Shown: positions 32,296-41,686 of the stretch, piece after piece | Numbering within the stretch: the stretch's first letter is position 1 | Layout: each line of letters begins with the position of its first letter | Virus record (IMG/VR): IMGVR_UViG_3300046047_000272 | Length of the DNA stretch: 64,000 bases | Direction: 5' to 3' (one strand) | Source of the DNA: a virus | Lineage: Duplodnaviria > Heunggongvirae > Uroviricota > Caudoviricetes | Position numbers and translations under genes: made by a program | The notes under the pieces: model-generated | Seen by the model: only the letters and a program-made list of their open reading frames with translations | The model's database searches: none | What the model was told of the DNA's origin: nothing

Positions 32296-33273
32296 ATGCA
32301 TGATCAGAAAGGACGTCCTATGAAGGATCATAGTAATAAACCGTGGACAATCACGCCAATATCGATGCAACGACGATGGGAGAAGCCATCACGCATCAAA
32401 TCGTGGATCGTTGCTCATGCTCATAAGCCCTCAACTTGGAATAGTCTACTTATCTTTGTAACATCGATTCTGGCTAGTTTAGGCACAGGATGGGCTATAG
32501 GGTCGTCGTTCAAGTTCATGTCTGCCACAGTATTCTTCTTGCTGGGACTCCCGTCGTTCTTTACTCTTCCTTTCCTAGTCGGTCTTTTTGGGTTAGTTTA
32601 CATCGAGTTTAAAGACGACTTCGATCAATACGCTGGTGTCTTTACCGGTATGGTCACGTTGCATGGCGCCTCGTATCTTGTTTCTAATGCATCACTTAAG
32701 CGTTTATCGTCTATCATAGGCGTATCGGAAGACACCCTGTCTCAATGGCCTCACTGGCATGATACGACAATCGATGGCATGACCTTCTATGCTCTTTCAT
32801 CAGAAGCCAAGAAGCCTGATGATGGTCACGCCATCGTGAAGGACTGTGCAAGGATCATGTTAGATCCAAGTGATCATCGTGGAGATGATCTGCTTCCAGT
32901 GTCCAAATTACCTATCGGTCATTTCCGCGTCGATTCATGGTCTGATAAAATCGTGTCGACAAATCAAGTTCTTGACGACACGGATAATATGATGCAGGAC
33001 ATTGGCCTGACTGATCATAATGATCTTATCAAGCTACGATCTACGCTTCACTCCCTACAACAGGACGTTATTCTCTATCAGCAAGATCAGGTGGCCTTAC
33101 AATTAATTCTGCAGCGAATTGACGATGTGCACACGTCAGCTATGGCCATCCATGAGACCATTGCTCATCTTCATCATGATATTACCGTCGCGAGGACGTC
33201 GTCTCAAGCGATAGACCGTTTCCAACAGCGAATCGAAACATTAGATCAGGGTGTCAGTGAGGTCGTCGGATGA
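32296..33273 (+). CDS. tandem paralog family member 11
   Basis: WTITPISMQRRWEKPSR; GVFTGMVTLHGASYLVS; WPHWHDTT; HHDITVARTSSQAIDRF. Confidence 0.9.
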   Translation: MHDQKGRPMKDHSNKPWTITPISMQRRWEKPSRIKSWIVAHAHKPSTWNSLLIFVTSILASLGTGWAIGSSFKFMSATVFFLLGLPSFFTLPFLVGLFGLVYIEFKDDFDQYAGVFTGMVTLHGASYLVSNASLKRLSSIIGVSEDTLSQWPHWHDTTIDGMTFYALSSEAKKPDDGHAIVKDCARIMLDPSDHRGDDLLPVSKLPIGHFRVDSWSDKIVSTNQVLDDTDNMMQDIGLTDHNDLIKLRSTLHSLQQDVILYQQDQVALQLILQRIDDVHTSAMAIHETIAHLHHDITVARTSSQAIDRFQQRIETLDQGVSEVVG

Positions 33274-33435
33274 CGATGATGATTAGCATTGGACACCATC
33301 ATGACGACTCATACGCATAGTTGATCAATGGAAACATCGTCGTACGCCCGTCTATTAACCTATCGGAGGTATTCATGAATCATCCAGTGAGATGGACCGA
33401 CATCAACCAGCAATGGCCAGCATTATCTGACGTGA

Positions 33436-33747
33436 TTGTGGAGGACGTGTGATCATATGGATTGGGGCGCATCATCAGAGGCCATCATCGAGGATGCTGA
33501 GCGTCATCGAGCAGCACTTGATGACGCTAACCGGCGTGTTAGAAGAATTCTTTTGTTTAATCTGGAGGAACGGCGTGTCATCAGAGCATCAGCTAGGATG
33601 CGGTTGCAGACAGTTGATCTCATGAACCATCTTCACCATATCGTGTCAAATATCAACGGCTCTTCAAATGTGAATATGAGGAATAGTCATGACGATGACT
33701 CCAATGACGCTAACATATTGATGAGAGGCACAGAACCGCCGTTCTAA
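33436..33747 (+). CDS. hypothetical protein; its 3' end overlaps the start of the ncRNA-like element
   Basis: GGAGG RBS before MDWGASSE; last codons GTEPPF* lie within GGCACAGAACCGCCGTTCTAA. Confidence 0.5.
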   Translation: MWRTCDHMDWGASSEAIIEDAERHRAALDDANRRVRRILLFNLEERRVIRASARMRLQTVDLMNHLHHIVSNINGSSNVNMRNSHDDDSNDANILMRGTEPPF

Positions 33748-34120
33748 CGGACGCGGAGCCAGTACTAGTATAATTGCTGATCCTCGTGGCCGCGTCCGAG
33801 GAAGGCGGCCTAGAATCACGTCTAGTGGTAGGCTCATATTCTGATTTTATACGATGATCTGCATGACGAGCATGATCGCCATGAATGAGAGGTCGGTGAG
33901 ACGCCAGTGCACTAGCATTGATCAGTGCCCTCTAGTCGACTCGTTAGCTCGGCATGGTCCTGTGGATAGGGCGAGATGTTCGACGTGATTCGACCTGGGC
34001 GATCCCGCAGAGCGTATTCCTAGGATATGCTTCCTCGTGGACACGATCTATCGTTGCGGTGCCGCGGTTCCTGAAAATCACTCCTGCACACTAGAGCATG
34101 ATGTTCTCCACTAGTTCTAC
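33730..34120 (+). ncRNA. large structured ncRNA, raiA-motif-like, copy 1
   Basis: Blocks ACAGAACCGCC-GGTCTAACGG-CCAGT-ACTAG-GATCCTCGT-GCGGCCTAGAA-CTAGT and GCAGAGCGTATTCCTAGGATATGCTTCC-GCGGTTC are conserved in 3 copies around a variable insert; 5' GAACCGC pairs with 3' GCGGTTC; block order resembles raiA-motif RNA as recalled, not searched. Confidence 0.7.
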
Positions 34121-34216
34121 GGAGCCAATGGACTCGCTGATCGTTTCAGATTCGTGGTTCTCACGTGATCTGCGTCCTCGTCGCTGAGGAACGACGGTGA
34201 GATCATGGTGAGACGT

Positions 34217-34590
34217 ACAGAACCGCCGGTCTATCGGACGTAGACCCAGTACCCGTATAATTACTGATCCTCATGGCTGCGTCCGAGGATGGCGGCTTAG
34301 AATCATATTTTGTACGACCACTGCATATCGTACATGATGTCTTATCAGTGGTGTGGGTGATTCTGGTGATTGGGCATTCGCGGTCATCAGGGCAGAGCAC
34401 AATATTGATTGTGGTCATGGATTGAGTTGGGCGGGGGTGAATGGTGCAAGTGGGGGCGGGGCCATCACCCGCAGACGCAGAGCGTATTCCTAGGATATGC
34501 TTCCTCATGGACACGATCTATCGTTGCAGTGCCGCGGTTCCCTAAGATCGGTACTGCACGCTAGAATACGATGCTTTCCACTGGCTCTAC
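34217..34590 (+). ncRNA. large structured ncRNA, raiA-motif-like, copy 2 (tandem)
   Basis: Same blocks 487 nt downstream of copy 1, including GAGGATGGCGGCTTAGAA; ACTAG/CTAGT pairing lost; G-rich insert. Confidence 0.65.
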
Positions 34591-34686
34591 GAAGCTAATC
34601 GACGCTTGGGTCATTGCCATTCCATGGTTCTCGTGTGATCTGCATCCTCAGCGTTGAGGAGTGACGTGTACATGGTGGTAAGACGC

Positions 34687-34733
34687 ACAGAACCGCCGGT
34701 CTATCGGACTCAGACCCAGTACTTATATAATTA
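34687..34733 (+). repeat. truncated 5' fragment of the ncRNA element (copy 3)
   Basis: ACAGAACCGCCGGTCTATCGGACTCAGACCCAGTACTTATATAATTA, then unrelated sequence. Confidence 0.8.
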
Positions 34734-34803
34734 TGGGTTTGGGTGGATGCATCAGAGAACGGAGGTGTAGAACAATGTTTCCGCATGATGCCCATACAAG
34801 AAT

Positions 34804-34832
34804 GGGTCAGACACCATGATGATGTCTGACCC
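34804..34832. terminator. hairpin between the ncRNA array and convergent genes
   Basis: GGGTCAGACA / TGTCTGACCC inverted repeat. Confidence 0.6.
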
Positions 34833-34852
34833 TCAATACTCACAGGATACGA

Positions 34853-34930
34853 TTACTTCTTATCCTGATGCTTCTGATAAGCGATGGTCGCTCCGATGCC
34901 GGCAGCGAATGCGAGAATAGCCGTGAACAT
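34853..34930 (-). CDS. 25-aa single-TM small protein
   Basis: GGGAGG RBS overlapping the upstream stop; MFTAILAFAAGIGATIAYQKHQDKK*; below the ORF-track cutoff. Confidence 0.6.
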   Translation of the reverse strand: MFTAILAFAAGIGATIAYQKHQDKK

Positions 34931-34933
34931 GAT

Positions 34934-35404
34934 TCACCTCCCTGTGATTGCGTATTGATAGGCTACGATGGTGGATCGCAGTGGATATTTAGTGTTAGCT
35001 TCCCAGGCAGACAGCCATGCCTGATCATCCTGCTTTGATCCGTATGGCACATTCAGCAGCATGGCGGCCTTCCTGTGCATGACGTCAATGGTCACTTCTC
35101 TAGAAGACACCTGGAGGAGACTCTGGTCGTCTGCCAGATCTTCTTTCAGTGTGGCCTCGTCATCCTCTGATGTGAACTCATTCAGATTCTTACTTGAGGA
35201 TGTCGTCAGATTAGCGTCGACGCCACCATAGACTGATTCATAGCATTCATTAGATGTAATTGGGAAGGGGGACGTCTCCAGAAGACTCACGGCATGGTTA
35301 ATAATACGATTGAGGTCCTCTTTGCGGACGATGTATTCAGCATGAGTAACGCCATAATGGACATTAGCATGATTCATCAGTTCGTTCATATACGATCCTT
35401 TCAT
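34934..35404 (-). CDS. hypothetical protein
   Basis: 156 aa, GAAAGGA RBS. Confidence 0.7.
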   Translation of the reverse strand: MKGSYMNELMNHANVHYGVTHAEYIVRKEDLNRIINHAVSLLETSPFPITSNECYESVYGGVDANLTTSSSKNLNEFTSEDDEATLKEDLADDQSLLQVSSREVTIDVMHRKAAMLLNVPYGSKQDDQAWLSAWEANTKYPLRSTIVAYQYAITGR

Positions 35405-35461
35405 GGATTGATGTATACGTACATCATATCACAGTTCTTGGTAATAGGGTAATCATTCGTC

Positions 35462-38383
35462 CTATGCATCGGTATCGTCAAGTTGACGATCATCTGCGTC
35501 GGTGCTATCATGTTCCTCTCGTATGGATAGGCCGTCATTGATGACGTCAATACGCACCTTCGTCTGCTCAACGTCATGCGCGGCGATAATGACATCAGCT
35601 AGTCGATCAATAATCTGCTCATCGATCAGTCGGTCAAGTGTTCTCGCACCATACATGTCTGATTGGCATTGCTTGGCGAACCATCGTTGCACCTCGGGGC
35701 TGAGGGTCACGGTGAGTTGCCTGGTTGGCGTCTTATGCTGAATGTACGCCCATTTCAGATTGAAGATCTTCATGTAGTCATTCTCTGATAATGGGTGATA
35801 GACGATGACATCAGTGAATCGATTCACGAGTTCTGGTAAGAACTTTGATTTGATGGCCGTGACGACGTCCTGGTCAAGAACAGACCAATCGTCAGATGAT
35901 GGATCGTGATGGCCGAATCCTATGGTCTTCATGCCCCGACTCTGCATGTTCTGAGCACCAAGGTTACTGGTCATGATGACATAGATGCCAGAGCAGTCAA
36001 CTTGGCCTTTACTCGCGTCAGTGATGTATCCATAGTCAAGCATTGGCAGTAAGACAGCGTCCGCGATACTCGAATCAGCCTTCTCGATCTCATCAAAGAC
36101 CACAACGCCATTTGGATGATCATGAATCCAGTTCGTTAGGCGACCACCTTTATTAGACATGACGTAGCCATTGCCTGATCCCAGGAGTGATGCGACGCCC
36201 ATCTTATCGTCTTTCAGGCTAGAGCAATCAATTCTTAGCATATGCTCTGTTGAGCCGAAGGCCTCAGCGGCGATGGCCATGGCTGTCTCCGTCTTGCCAA
36301 CACCTGATGGCCCCGCAAGGAGAACACCGGCTATTGGCTTGTTCCTAACAGCGAATCCGGCCTTCCTACGAATCAGAGGTTTCAGGACCCTGTCAAAGAC
36401 ATGATCTTGACCGATGATATGGGATCTGACTTTACGGGTAAGATCTGCTCGATCAGTGAAGGTGAAGATCGCGTCCTCCGGTTCATCAAGAATCGATGAC
36501 AGGTCTACCTGCTCATCGTATATTTTCAGGTTATCAGGATGAATATAATTCTTACGGAGGAACGCCGTGAAGCTTCTTCTGATGATGACCATCGTCCACT
36601 TGATGAATCTTCTCGCCTTTGCCTTTTCTCCGGCCTGAACGGCTTCATCATACCCTCGTCGAATGACGGCCAACTTGTCAGCGTCATCCTGATCGGCCAT
36701 CGACATGTCTGATAGGATCCTCAACGCATGATCGATACGGCCAAGGTCAAGGAGCATATCGTCGACATCCTGGTCGCCTGATTGAGATGAGGGTCGTTCA
36801 GGATGTCGATCATCATTAGTCGTGCGGACATATCGCCAATCTGGGATACCGTGGTGGTACTGATCTAATGTACGATTAGCCTGCTTGCTCAGCAATGGAA
36901 CGAAGTGTCTGATTAAACACCAGGCCTGTGACTCGTCACGTTGCATGGCCTTATCGTAACATGCTTGAATCATACTAGCGTATTGATCCAAGGAGAGTGC
37001 ATCCTGATATGTGCCAATGACTGAATCACTGGTGGGATCATTGTTGTCTCTTTTAGATAGGAGATCGGCAAGCTCCTTTTTCATAGTGGATAGAGTAATG
37101 AGATATGAATCAACCTCAGCGTCACCTGATATAGTCGATAGTCGATGATCGTGTCGATCAGCGGGCTGGAGATCAAGTTGCGACCAATTCATGATCGCAT
37201 CCTCTGATAGATCCTCTGCTGGCCGATCTGGTTGATCGGTCTCTTCATCTCTTAGAATAGGCTCGCCTTCGCCAACGCATATGATAGGCTTTTCAGATTG
37301 CTGCGATGGATGCTGCTGCATAGATGCGTCATTGTCGTATAGACGATCTTCTTCATAGTCGTAGGCTATCCCCTGATTCTCATACAAGTCGACGGCCATT
37401 GAACGTAGTTGCTTCACGGTGATACGTTTCGACGAGTGATGGGCATGCCAATTCGCCAATAGATCCTGTAAGTCGTGCTCAACCATAAATGGATCAAAAT
37501 CTTTTCTGGTATATGACACGAGCACGGCCTCGATACGAGCGGCCTCATGGATGAGCCGTTTAGATGGCGTGTATCCGAAACGGTCCTTAAAGAAGTCGTG
37601 GCAGGATATTGATCTCCAGATGATTTCCGTGACAATGCGTAGATCGTGTCGTGGATACGCGGTGATCGTGTTCATGCCGAGGACATCAATCATGAAGTCA
37701 GATGACTCCATGGCATCACATTCATTCTGATCACTCATACATGACTCCACGATGATTGGTACCGCGCAGATGGCATCGTCGCCTGCGGGTATCAATTGAA
37801 TGACCCTGGCGCTTGGTATATGGAGGATATAGCGTTCGTCAAGATCGGATGAATACTGATCAAACCATGTGGACAATCGATTGCTCATATCCTGATTTGT
37901 CCCATCGATGGCTTCTGGATGGACGCTCATGATGATTCGACCATCGAGGAAATGTGGAATACGATCATGGTGAGCACATCGATAGGCTAATGTCTGTATC
38001 GTCCGTGTCTTGCCAACATGCGCTGGGCCTTTCAGTATGGCCATTGGTGCTAGGCCAACAGACAGAGCAACAGTCAGATCAGTCGCGTCCTGATCAGCGT
38101 CCCAATCGTCCTGTGACGGTCTGACGGCCTTTAACGGACTGGCGAAAGACCGTATGAGAGCCTCTCCGGCCATCGCATGACTCGTCTCTGGCTTGACGAC
38201 TCGATGATCGTCAGGATCGAGCTCATGGATGATGGCAAGATCGTCCTCATACGAGGTCGCATCATGCTGAGACGACTTGTCTTTTGAGGCGTCATATATC
38301 TTCCCGATGTTAACCTTATCCGTATCTGGTAGCAGGTCAGACCGGGTCATCTTACGGACATCTGATGGTGATGGGATAATCAT
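35462..38383 (-). CDS. clpC: ClpA/ClpC-like AAA+ ATPase with degenerate NBD1 and intact NBD2
   Basis: NBD2: GPSGVGKTETA, VVFDEIEKA, MTSNLG, IGF loop (KTIGFG), FLPELVNR, YGARTL; NBD1: GPAHVGKT with no DE Walker B. Confidence 0.85.
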   Translation of the reverse strand: MIIPSPSDVRKMTRSDLLPDTDKVNIGKIYDASKDKSSQHDATSYEDDLAIIHELDPDDHRVVKPETSHAMAGEALIRSFASPLKAVRPSQDDWDADQDATDLTVALSVGLAPMAILKGPAHVGKTRTIQTLAYRCAHHDRIPHFLDGRIIMSVHPEAIDGTNQDMSNRLSTWFDQYSSDLDERYILHIPSARVIQLIPAGDDAICAVPIIVESCMSDQNECDAMESSDFMIDVLGMNTITAYPRHDLRIVTEIIWRSISCHDFFKDRFGYTPSKRLIHEAARIEAVLVSYTRKDFDPFMVEHDLQDLLANWHAHHSSKRITVKQLRSMAVDLYENQGIAYDYEEDRLYDNDASMQQHPSQQSEKPIICVGEGEPILRDEETDQPDRPAEDLSEDAIMNWSQLDLQPADRHDHRLSTISGDAEVDSYLITLSTMKKELADLLSKRDNNDPTSDSVIGTYQDALSLDQYASMIQACYDKAMQRDESQAWCLIRHFVPLLSKQANRTLDQYHHGIPDWRYVRTTNDDRHPERPSSQSGDQDVDDMLLDLGRIDHALRILSDMSMADQDDADKLAVIRRGYDEAVQAGEKAKARRFIKWTMVIIRRSFTAFLRKNYIHPDNLKIYDEQVDLSSILDEPEDAIFTFTDRADLTRKVRSHIIGQDHVFDRVLKPLIRRKAGFAVRNKPIAGVLLAGPSGVGKTETAMAIAAEAFGSTEHMLRIDCSSLKDDKMGVASLLGSGNGYVMSNKGGRLTNWIHDHPNGVVVFDEIEKADSSIADAVLLPMLDYGYITDASKGQVDCSGIYVIMTSNLGAQNMQSRGMKTIGFGHHDPSSDDWSVLDQDVVTAIKSKFLPELVNRFTDVIVYHPLSENDYMKIFNLKWAYIQHKTPTRQLTVTLSPEVQRWFAKQCQSDMYGARTLDRLIDEQIIDRLADVIIAAHDVEQTKVRIDVINDGLSIREEHDSTDADDRQLDDTDA

Positions 38384-38398
38384 GATAACGACTCCTTC

Positions 38399-39637
38399 CT
38401 ATTGCTGAGGCGTAATGGTCTGGAGATGACGACTCAATGCTCGGAGCATAATCTCCGAGTCCTCTAGGCCAAGGTGCCGCTCCTTACCATACTGTGGGTC
38501 TAGTGCGTCCCAGTGTCTTGCATATTGTTCAAGATGATTGCCCATCTTTCCATCGTAATCATCGAGCCATTGACTGATCTTCCTAGAATCGATGATCTTA
38601 ACCAGTCCATCCCGCTTAGCTTCAGCGTATCCATCAATGTTCTGGCAGAAGAAAGCGTCCTCAAAACCAGCTGAATGAGCAACGAATGGTATTCCTGATG
38701 TTAATGCAGAGTAAATCTCATCCTGAGCTGAGGGATCGGCGTCTAAGGGCTTGAGACCGACTAAATCACTCGTTTCTATCCCACTGATGTTCACAGTGGG
38801 ATTACCTAATTCATATCGCGTATCAGATACACCATATGATCTTCTCCGCTGGTCATACTGACGATTAGTAGGATCATGCAGATCAGTTTTCAACCATCCA
38901 GCGTCAATCACCCAATCACGAGTCGCATGAAGACCGGTTGTCTCCAAGTCAATGCCGACAACCTCTCCGACTGTCGTATGACTCGTCAGCTCGTCAATCA
39001 GGATAGTCCGCAGATGATCATGCCTGGCTAGTGGCGTGAATTTTGATCCTGTATCACGCTCAGCGGCTCGCATCTTCGACCAGATGCGTCGCTCCATGAT
39101 GGGCGCGTCACTCGATGGCCGTCCCTGGAGGACAACAGCGTCCTGGCATATTGATTGCACACCAGAAGGCGTCAGCATACGATCAGTGAAAGCTGGTGGC
39201 GTCCTGGTAGCCGTGTACCGTTGGCTGGATCTTGCATATGGATCCTCAGCGTCTCCTCCATTGGCCAGCAGCCAATCGATCTCATCGCTAATCTGCTTCG
39301 TCCACCATCCCATCATTCTGATTGGTGAGTAAGACAATCTGGCTTCGATAAGCGCGCCGTTCTCAAAATACTCACGCCTGATCCATTTCATGTCCTTCTC
39401 GACATCATGACGACGACGATAATACACGCTCAGCAAATCATTCATCGTGCCATTATACGGCAATTCTTCATCGTCACGATATCGAATGCCCTTAATCGTA
39501 CTTTGCAATGGCTGCTGAAGTCGAGTAAAATTGATGAGATTCTTATTGACCTGCATCCAATGATCCATGTCTGATAAGACATCGTTCATTAAGGCCTCTG
39601 GAGCGTCAATGGTTGTGGTGTATGACTGATGTACCAT
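38399..39637 (-). CDS. DEDDh (DnaQ-like) 3'-5' exonuclease with N-terminal extension
   Basis: ExoI GIDLETTGL, ExoII FVAHSAGFED, ExoIII HLGLEDS. Confidence 0.85.
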   Translation of the reverse strand: MVHQSYTTTIDAPEALMNDVLSDMDHWMQVNKNLINFTRLQQPLQSTIKGIRYRDDEELPYNGTMNDLLSVYYRRRHDVEKDMKWIRREYFENGALIEARLSYSPIRMMGWWTKQISDEIDWLLANGGDAEDPYARSSQRYTATRTPPAFTDRMLTPSGVQSICQDAVVLQGRPSSDAPIMERRIWSKMRAAERDTGSKFTPLARHDHLRTILIDELTSHTTVGEVVGIDLETTGLHATRDWVIDAGWLKTDLHDPTNRQYDQRRRSYGVSDTRYELGNPTVNISGIETSDLVGLKPLDADPSAQDEIYSALTSGIPFVAHSAGFEDAFFCQNIDGYAEAKRDGLVKIIDSRKISQWLDDYDGKMGNHLEQYARHWDALDPQYGKERHLGLEDSEIMLRALSRHLQTITPQQ

Positions 39638-39781
39638 AATTCAAAAATATTCTTTCCTATATAGGACTGGACGATAGACCTCGATCATATCGATTCTATG
39701 CTGTCCAATAGCTGATGATGGCCTTATAACCATCCACAATGATGCATGTTCATCTATCCGATGATCCATCGTATGATCCGC

Positions 39782-40216
39782 TCATTCGTCGTAACCCATC
39801 TTGAAGGACGCGATGATCTCATGACGCCAATGCAATACCCAATGAGCTGTCGTCACCTTGTCAGGGACATCATTGTAATATGATGCGATAAGATCGGCTT
39901 GAGGGTCAGTCAGACTACTTGGATCGCGGATCTGGCTATCAGTAAGATACACCTTGTTGAAAGCCTGCCAGATGATGTCGATATCCCTATTCACTTCGTC
40001 TTTCATCCTATCCGAATCAAAATCTAATCGATTCAGAGCCTGAATCGCTCTGTCAGTGCACGTATGATCATCGTCGGTTTCTTGTACGTCTCGAAGAGAT
40101 TTCTTATTCTGAAGATGTAGTCGAACGATCATGGCTGACGTAAGACCTGCTAATGCTGCCGCAGCCGCGCTAATAGATATCTTGACCAGTAAGGATGGAT
40201 GTACATTCCTCGGCAT
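39782..40216 (-). CDS. hypothetical protein with N-terminal hydrophobic segment
   Basis: ISAAAAALAGLTSAMIV; AGGAG RBS. Confidence 0.65.
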   Translation of the reverse strand: MPRNVHPSLLVKISISAAAAALAGLTSAMIVRLHLQNKKSLRDVQETDDDHTCTDRAIQALNRLDFDSDRMKDEVNRDIDIIWQAFNKVYLTDSQIRDPSSLTDPQADLIASYYNDVPDKVTTAHWVLHWRHEIIASFKMGYDE

Positions 40217-40372
40217 TATATGCTCCTTATGCTTTTAGACGATATATGATCATCTTATGTTATAAGACTGAGATATGCAAAACAGTGCAATTTCAGAATT
40301 CATGGAATAATCATGTGGACTCGCGTGTTGTACTAACATAGTACGTTTATGATAAGATGACTTATCAAATCA

Positions 40373-41686
40373 TTGAAAAAGATCACGTCACCCATGATCA
40401 TCGTATTTCGAACACTAGGAGCATGCATCATTATGGATACAGAACAGCACATCGTGAATGCCCGTCAAGCCTATGAGATCGCTGGATCATTCGTCACAGG
40501 AGCTACGTTGATCGTCGGTGATGACGCTAGGACGAATCAGCGAATCGTCGTGTACGCGTCTAACAATGACCCATACGAGCCAAGGACAGGATTGACCATC
40601 TTTAGATCGTCGATACGATTAAGTCTCTTCCAATGGGCTGATACACATACGCTCTTCGCCATGGATCAATCATACGCCATGTATGATATGAACACGCCAT
40701 TGGAGGGCGATGGCCTCAGCTGGGATAAGGCCATCGATAGCATTCTCGAGGACTCTAAGCAATACACTGATGATGATCGTGTCCTCATTCGATCGAAATT
40801 CCATGATCTATGGCAGCAGCAATGGGATAAGGCCGCGTTGTTCCTCGTGCATGTAGCGGACTCAGTGTACATGGATGATCTTATCACTAACATTCACGGT
40901 GCTGTATGCTCATGTCACGAGAACGTTGCTGACATCGTGTATAAGACCGCCAACATCATAGAATCAATGGATGTGATCGAGGCGGCGACCGTCTTCCAGT
41001 ACGGGCACTTGAAAATGACTGATCTGAGTCTATCGAGCGTCCAGCGATGGACGGCCTGGACATCAGATCTTAATGACGCCGAGATGCCATGGACGGCCTG
41101 GCTGCCATATATGCGATTGGTCGGTCTTATCAATGGTCGCCCAAACTCTGCCATCGCCTCATTAGTGTCCAACCATCTCTCAGGAGGATCAGCTGATTGG
41201 GCCACATCACTCCGGGTTGATCAACGTGCTGGTAGTGAGGAGATGATTGAAGAACTCCATTGGTGGTGTTGCGAACGACCCTGGCAGGACGACGATGAGA
41301 CCAGCAGGAGCATTGCTATAGAATGCCTATCAGTGTATCTGAATATGATGATTGAGGCGAATATGAAGAACTGGCCGAGTATCAGCCAGCAGGAGCTATC
41401 CGATGTAGACGTGTCATATAGGAAGCAATTGATGATCATTGCATCATCATCAATAGAGGACATCCGTCGTATTGTCGCTAGTGCTGGTACTGATCTCAGA
41501 GATGTGCCATCATCAGGACAGGCCTCATACGACGATTTCATGAATGCGGACATTGATGTTACTATACGTAAGTCATATGATATTAGACCGATGATTCAGG
41601 CCTTATCATATACGCATACACGATTAAACGATATTTTCTGGAGGGCTGAGGATGCCAATCAGGACGAAACAGACGCAGAGAAGTAG
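40373..41686 (+). CDS. hypothetical protein
   Basis: 437-aa ORF; likely start further downstream after AGGAG. Confidence 0.7.
   Translation: MKKITSPMIIVFRTLGACIIMDTEQHIVNARQAYEIAGSFVTGATLIVGDDARTNQRIVVYASNNDPYEPRTGLTIFRSSIRLSLFQWADTHTLFAMDQSYAMYDMNTPLEGDGLSWDKAIDSILEDSKQYTDDDRVLIRSKFHDLWQQQWDKAALFLVHVADSVYMDDLITNIHGAVCSCHENVADIVYKTANIIESMDVIEAATVFQYGHLKMTDLSLSSVQRWTAWTSDLNDAEMPWTAWLPYMRLVGLINGRPNSAIASLVSNHLSGGSADWATSLRVDQRAGSEEMIEELHWWCCERPWQDDDETSRSIAIECLSVYLNMMIEANMKNWPSISQQELSDVDVSYRKQLMIIASSSIEDIRRIVASAGTDLRDVPSSGQASYDDFMNADIDVTIRKSYDIRPMIQALSYTHTRLNDIFWRAEDANQDETDAEK

Noticed and set aside
22813-33273. Diversity-generating retroelement or invertase shufflon behind the paralog array
   Set aside because: No reverse transcriptase, no adenine-specific TR/VR pair, no recombinase and no inverted cassettes in the window
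33730-33760. ACAGAACCGCCGGTCTA resembles the RNase P 3' motif ACAGAACCCGGCUUA
   Set aside because: It lies at the 5' end of the unit, no GAGGAAAGUCC partner exists, and it pairs instead with GCGGTTC
33930-33995. TAGCTCGG..TGGT and GTTCGAC, tRNA-like words
   Set aside because: No cloverleaf with correct spacing; the words fit a hairpin in the ncRNA insert. No tRNA gene was recognised in the window
34203-34843. ORFs 34203..34514 and 34595..34843 (-), also 51931..52125 (-)
   Set aside because: They overlap the repeated ncRNA blocks, lack RBSs, and are not conserved in frame between copies
38399-39637. Exonuclease as a Cas4 or CRISPR-associated nuclease
   Set aside because: Motifs are DEDDh, with no RecB motif or Fe-S cysteines, and no array is present
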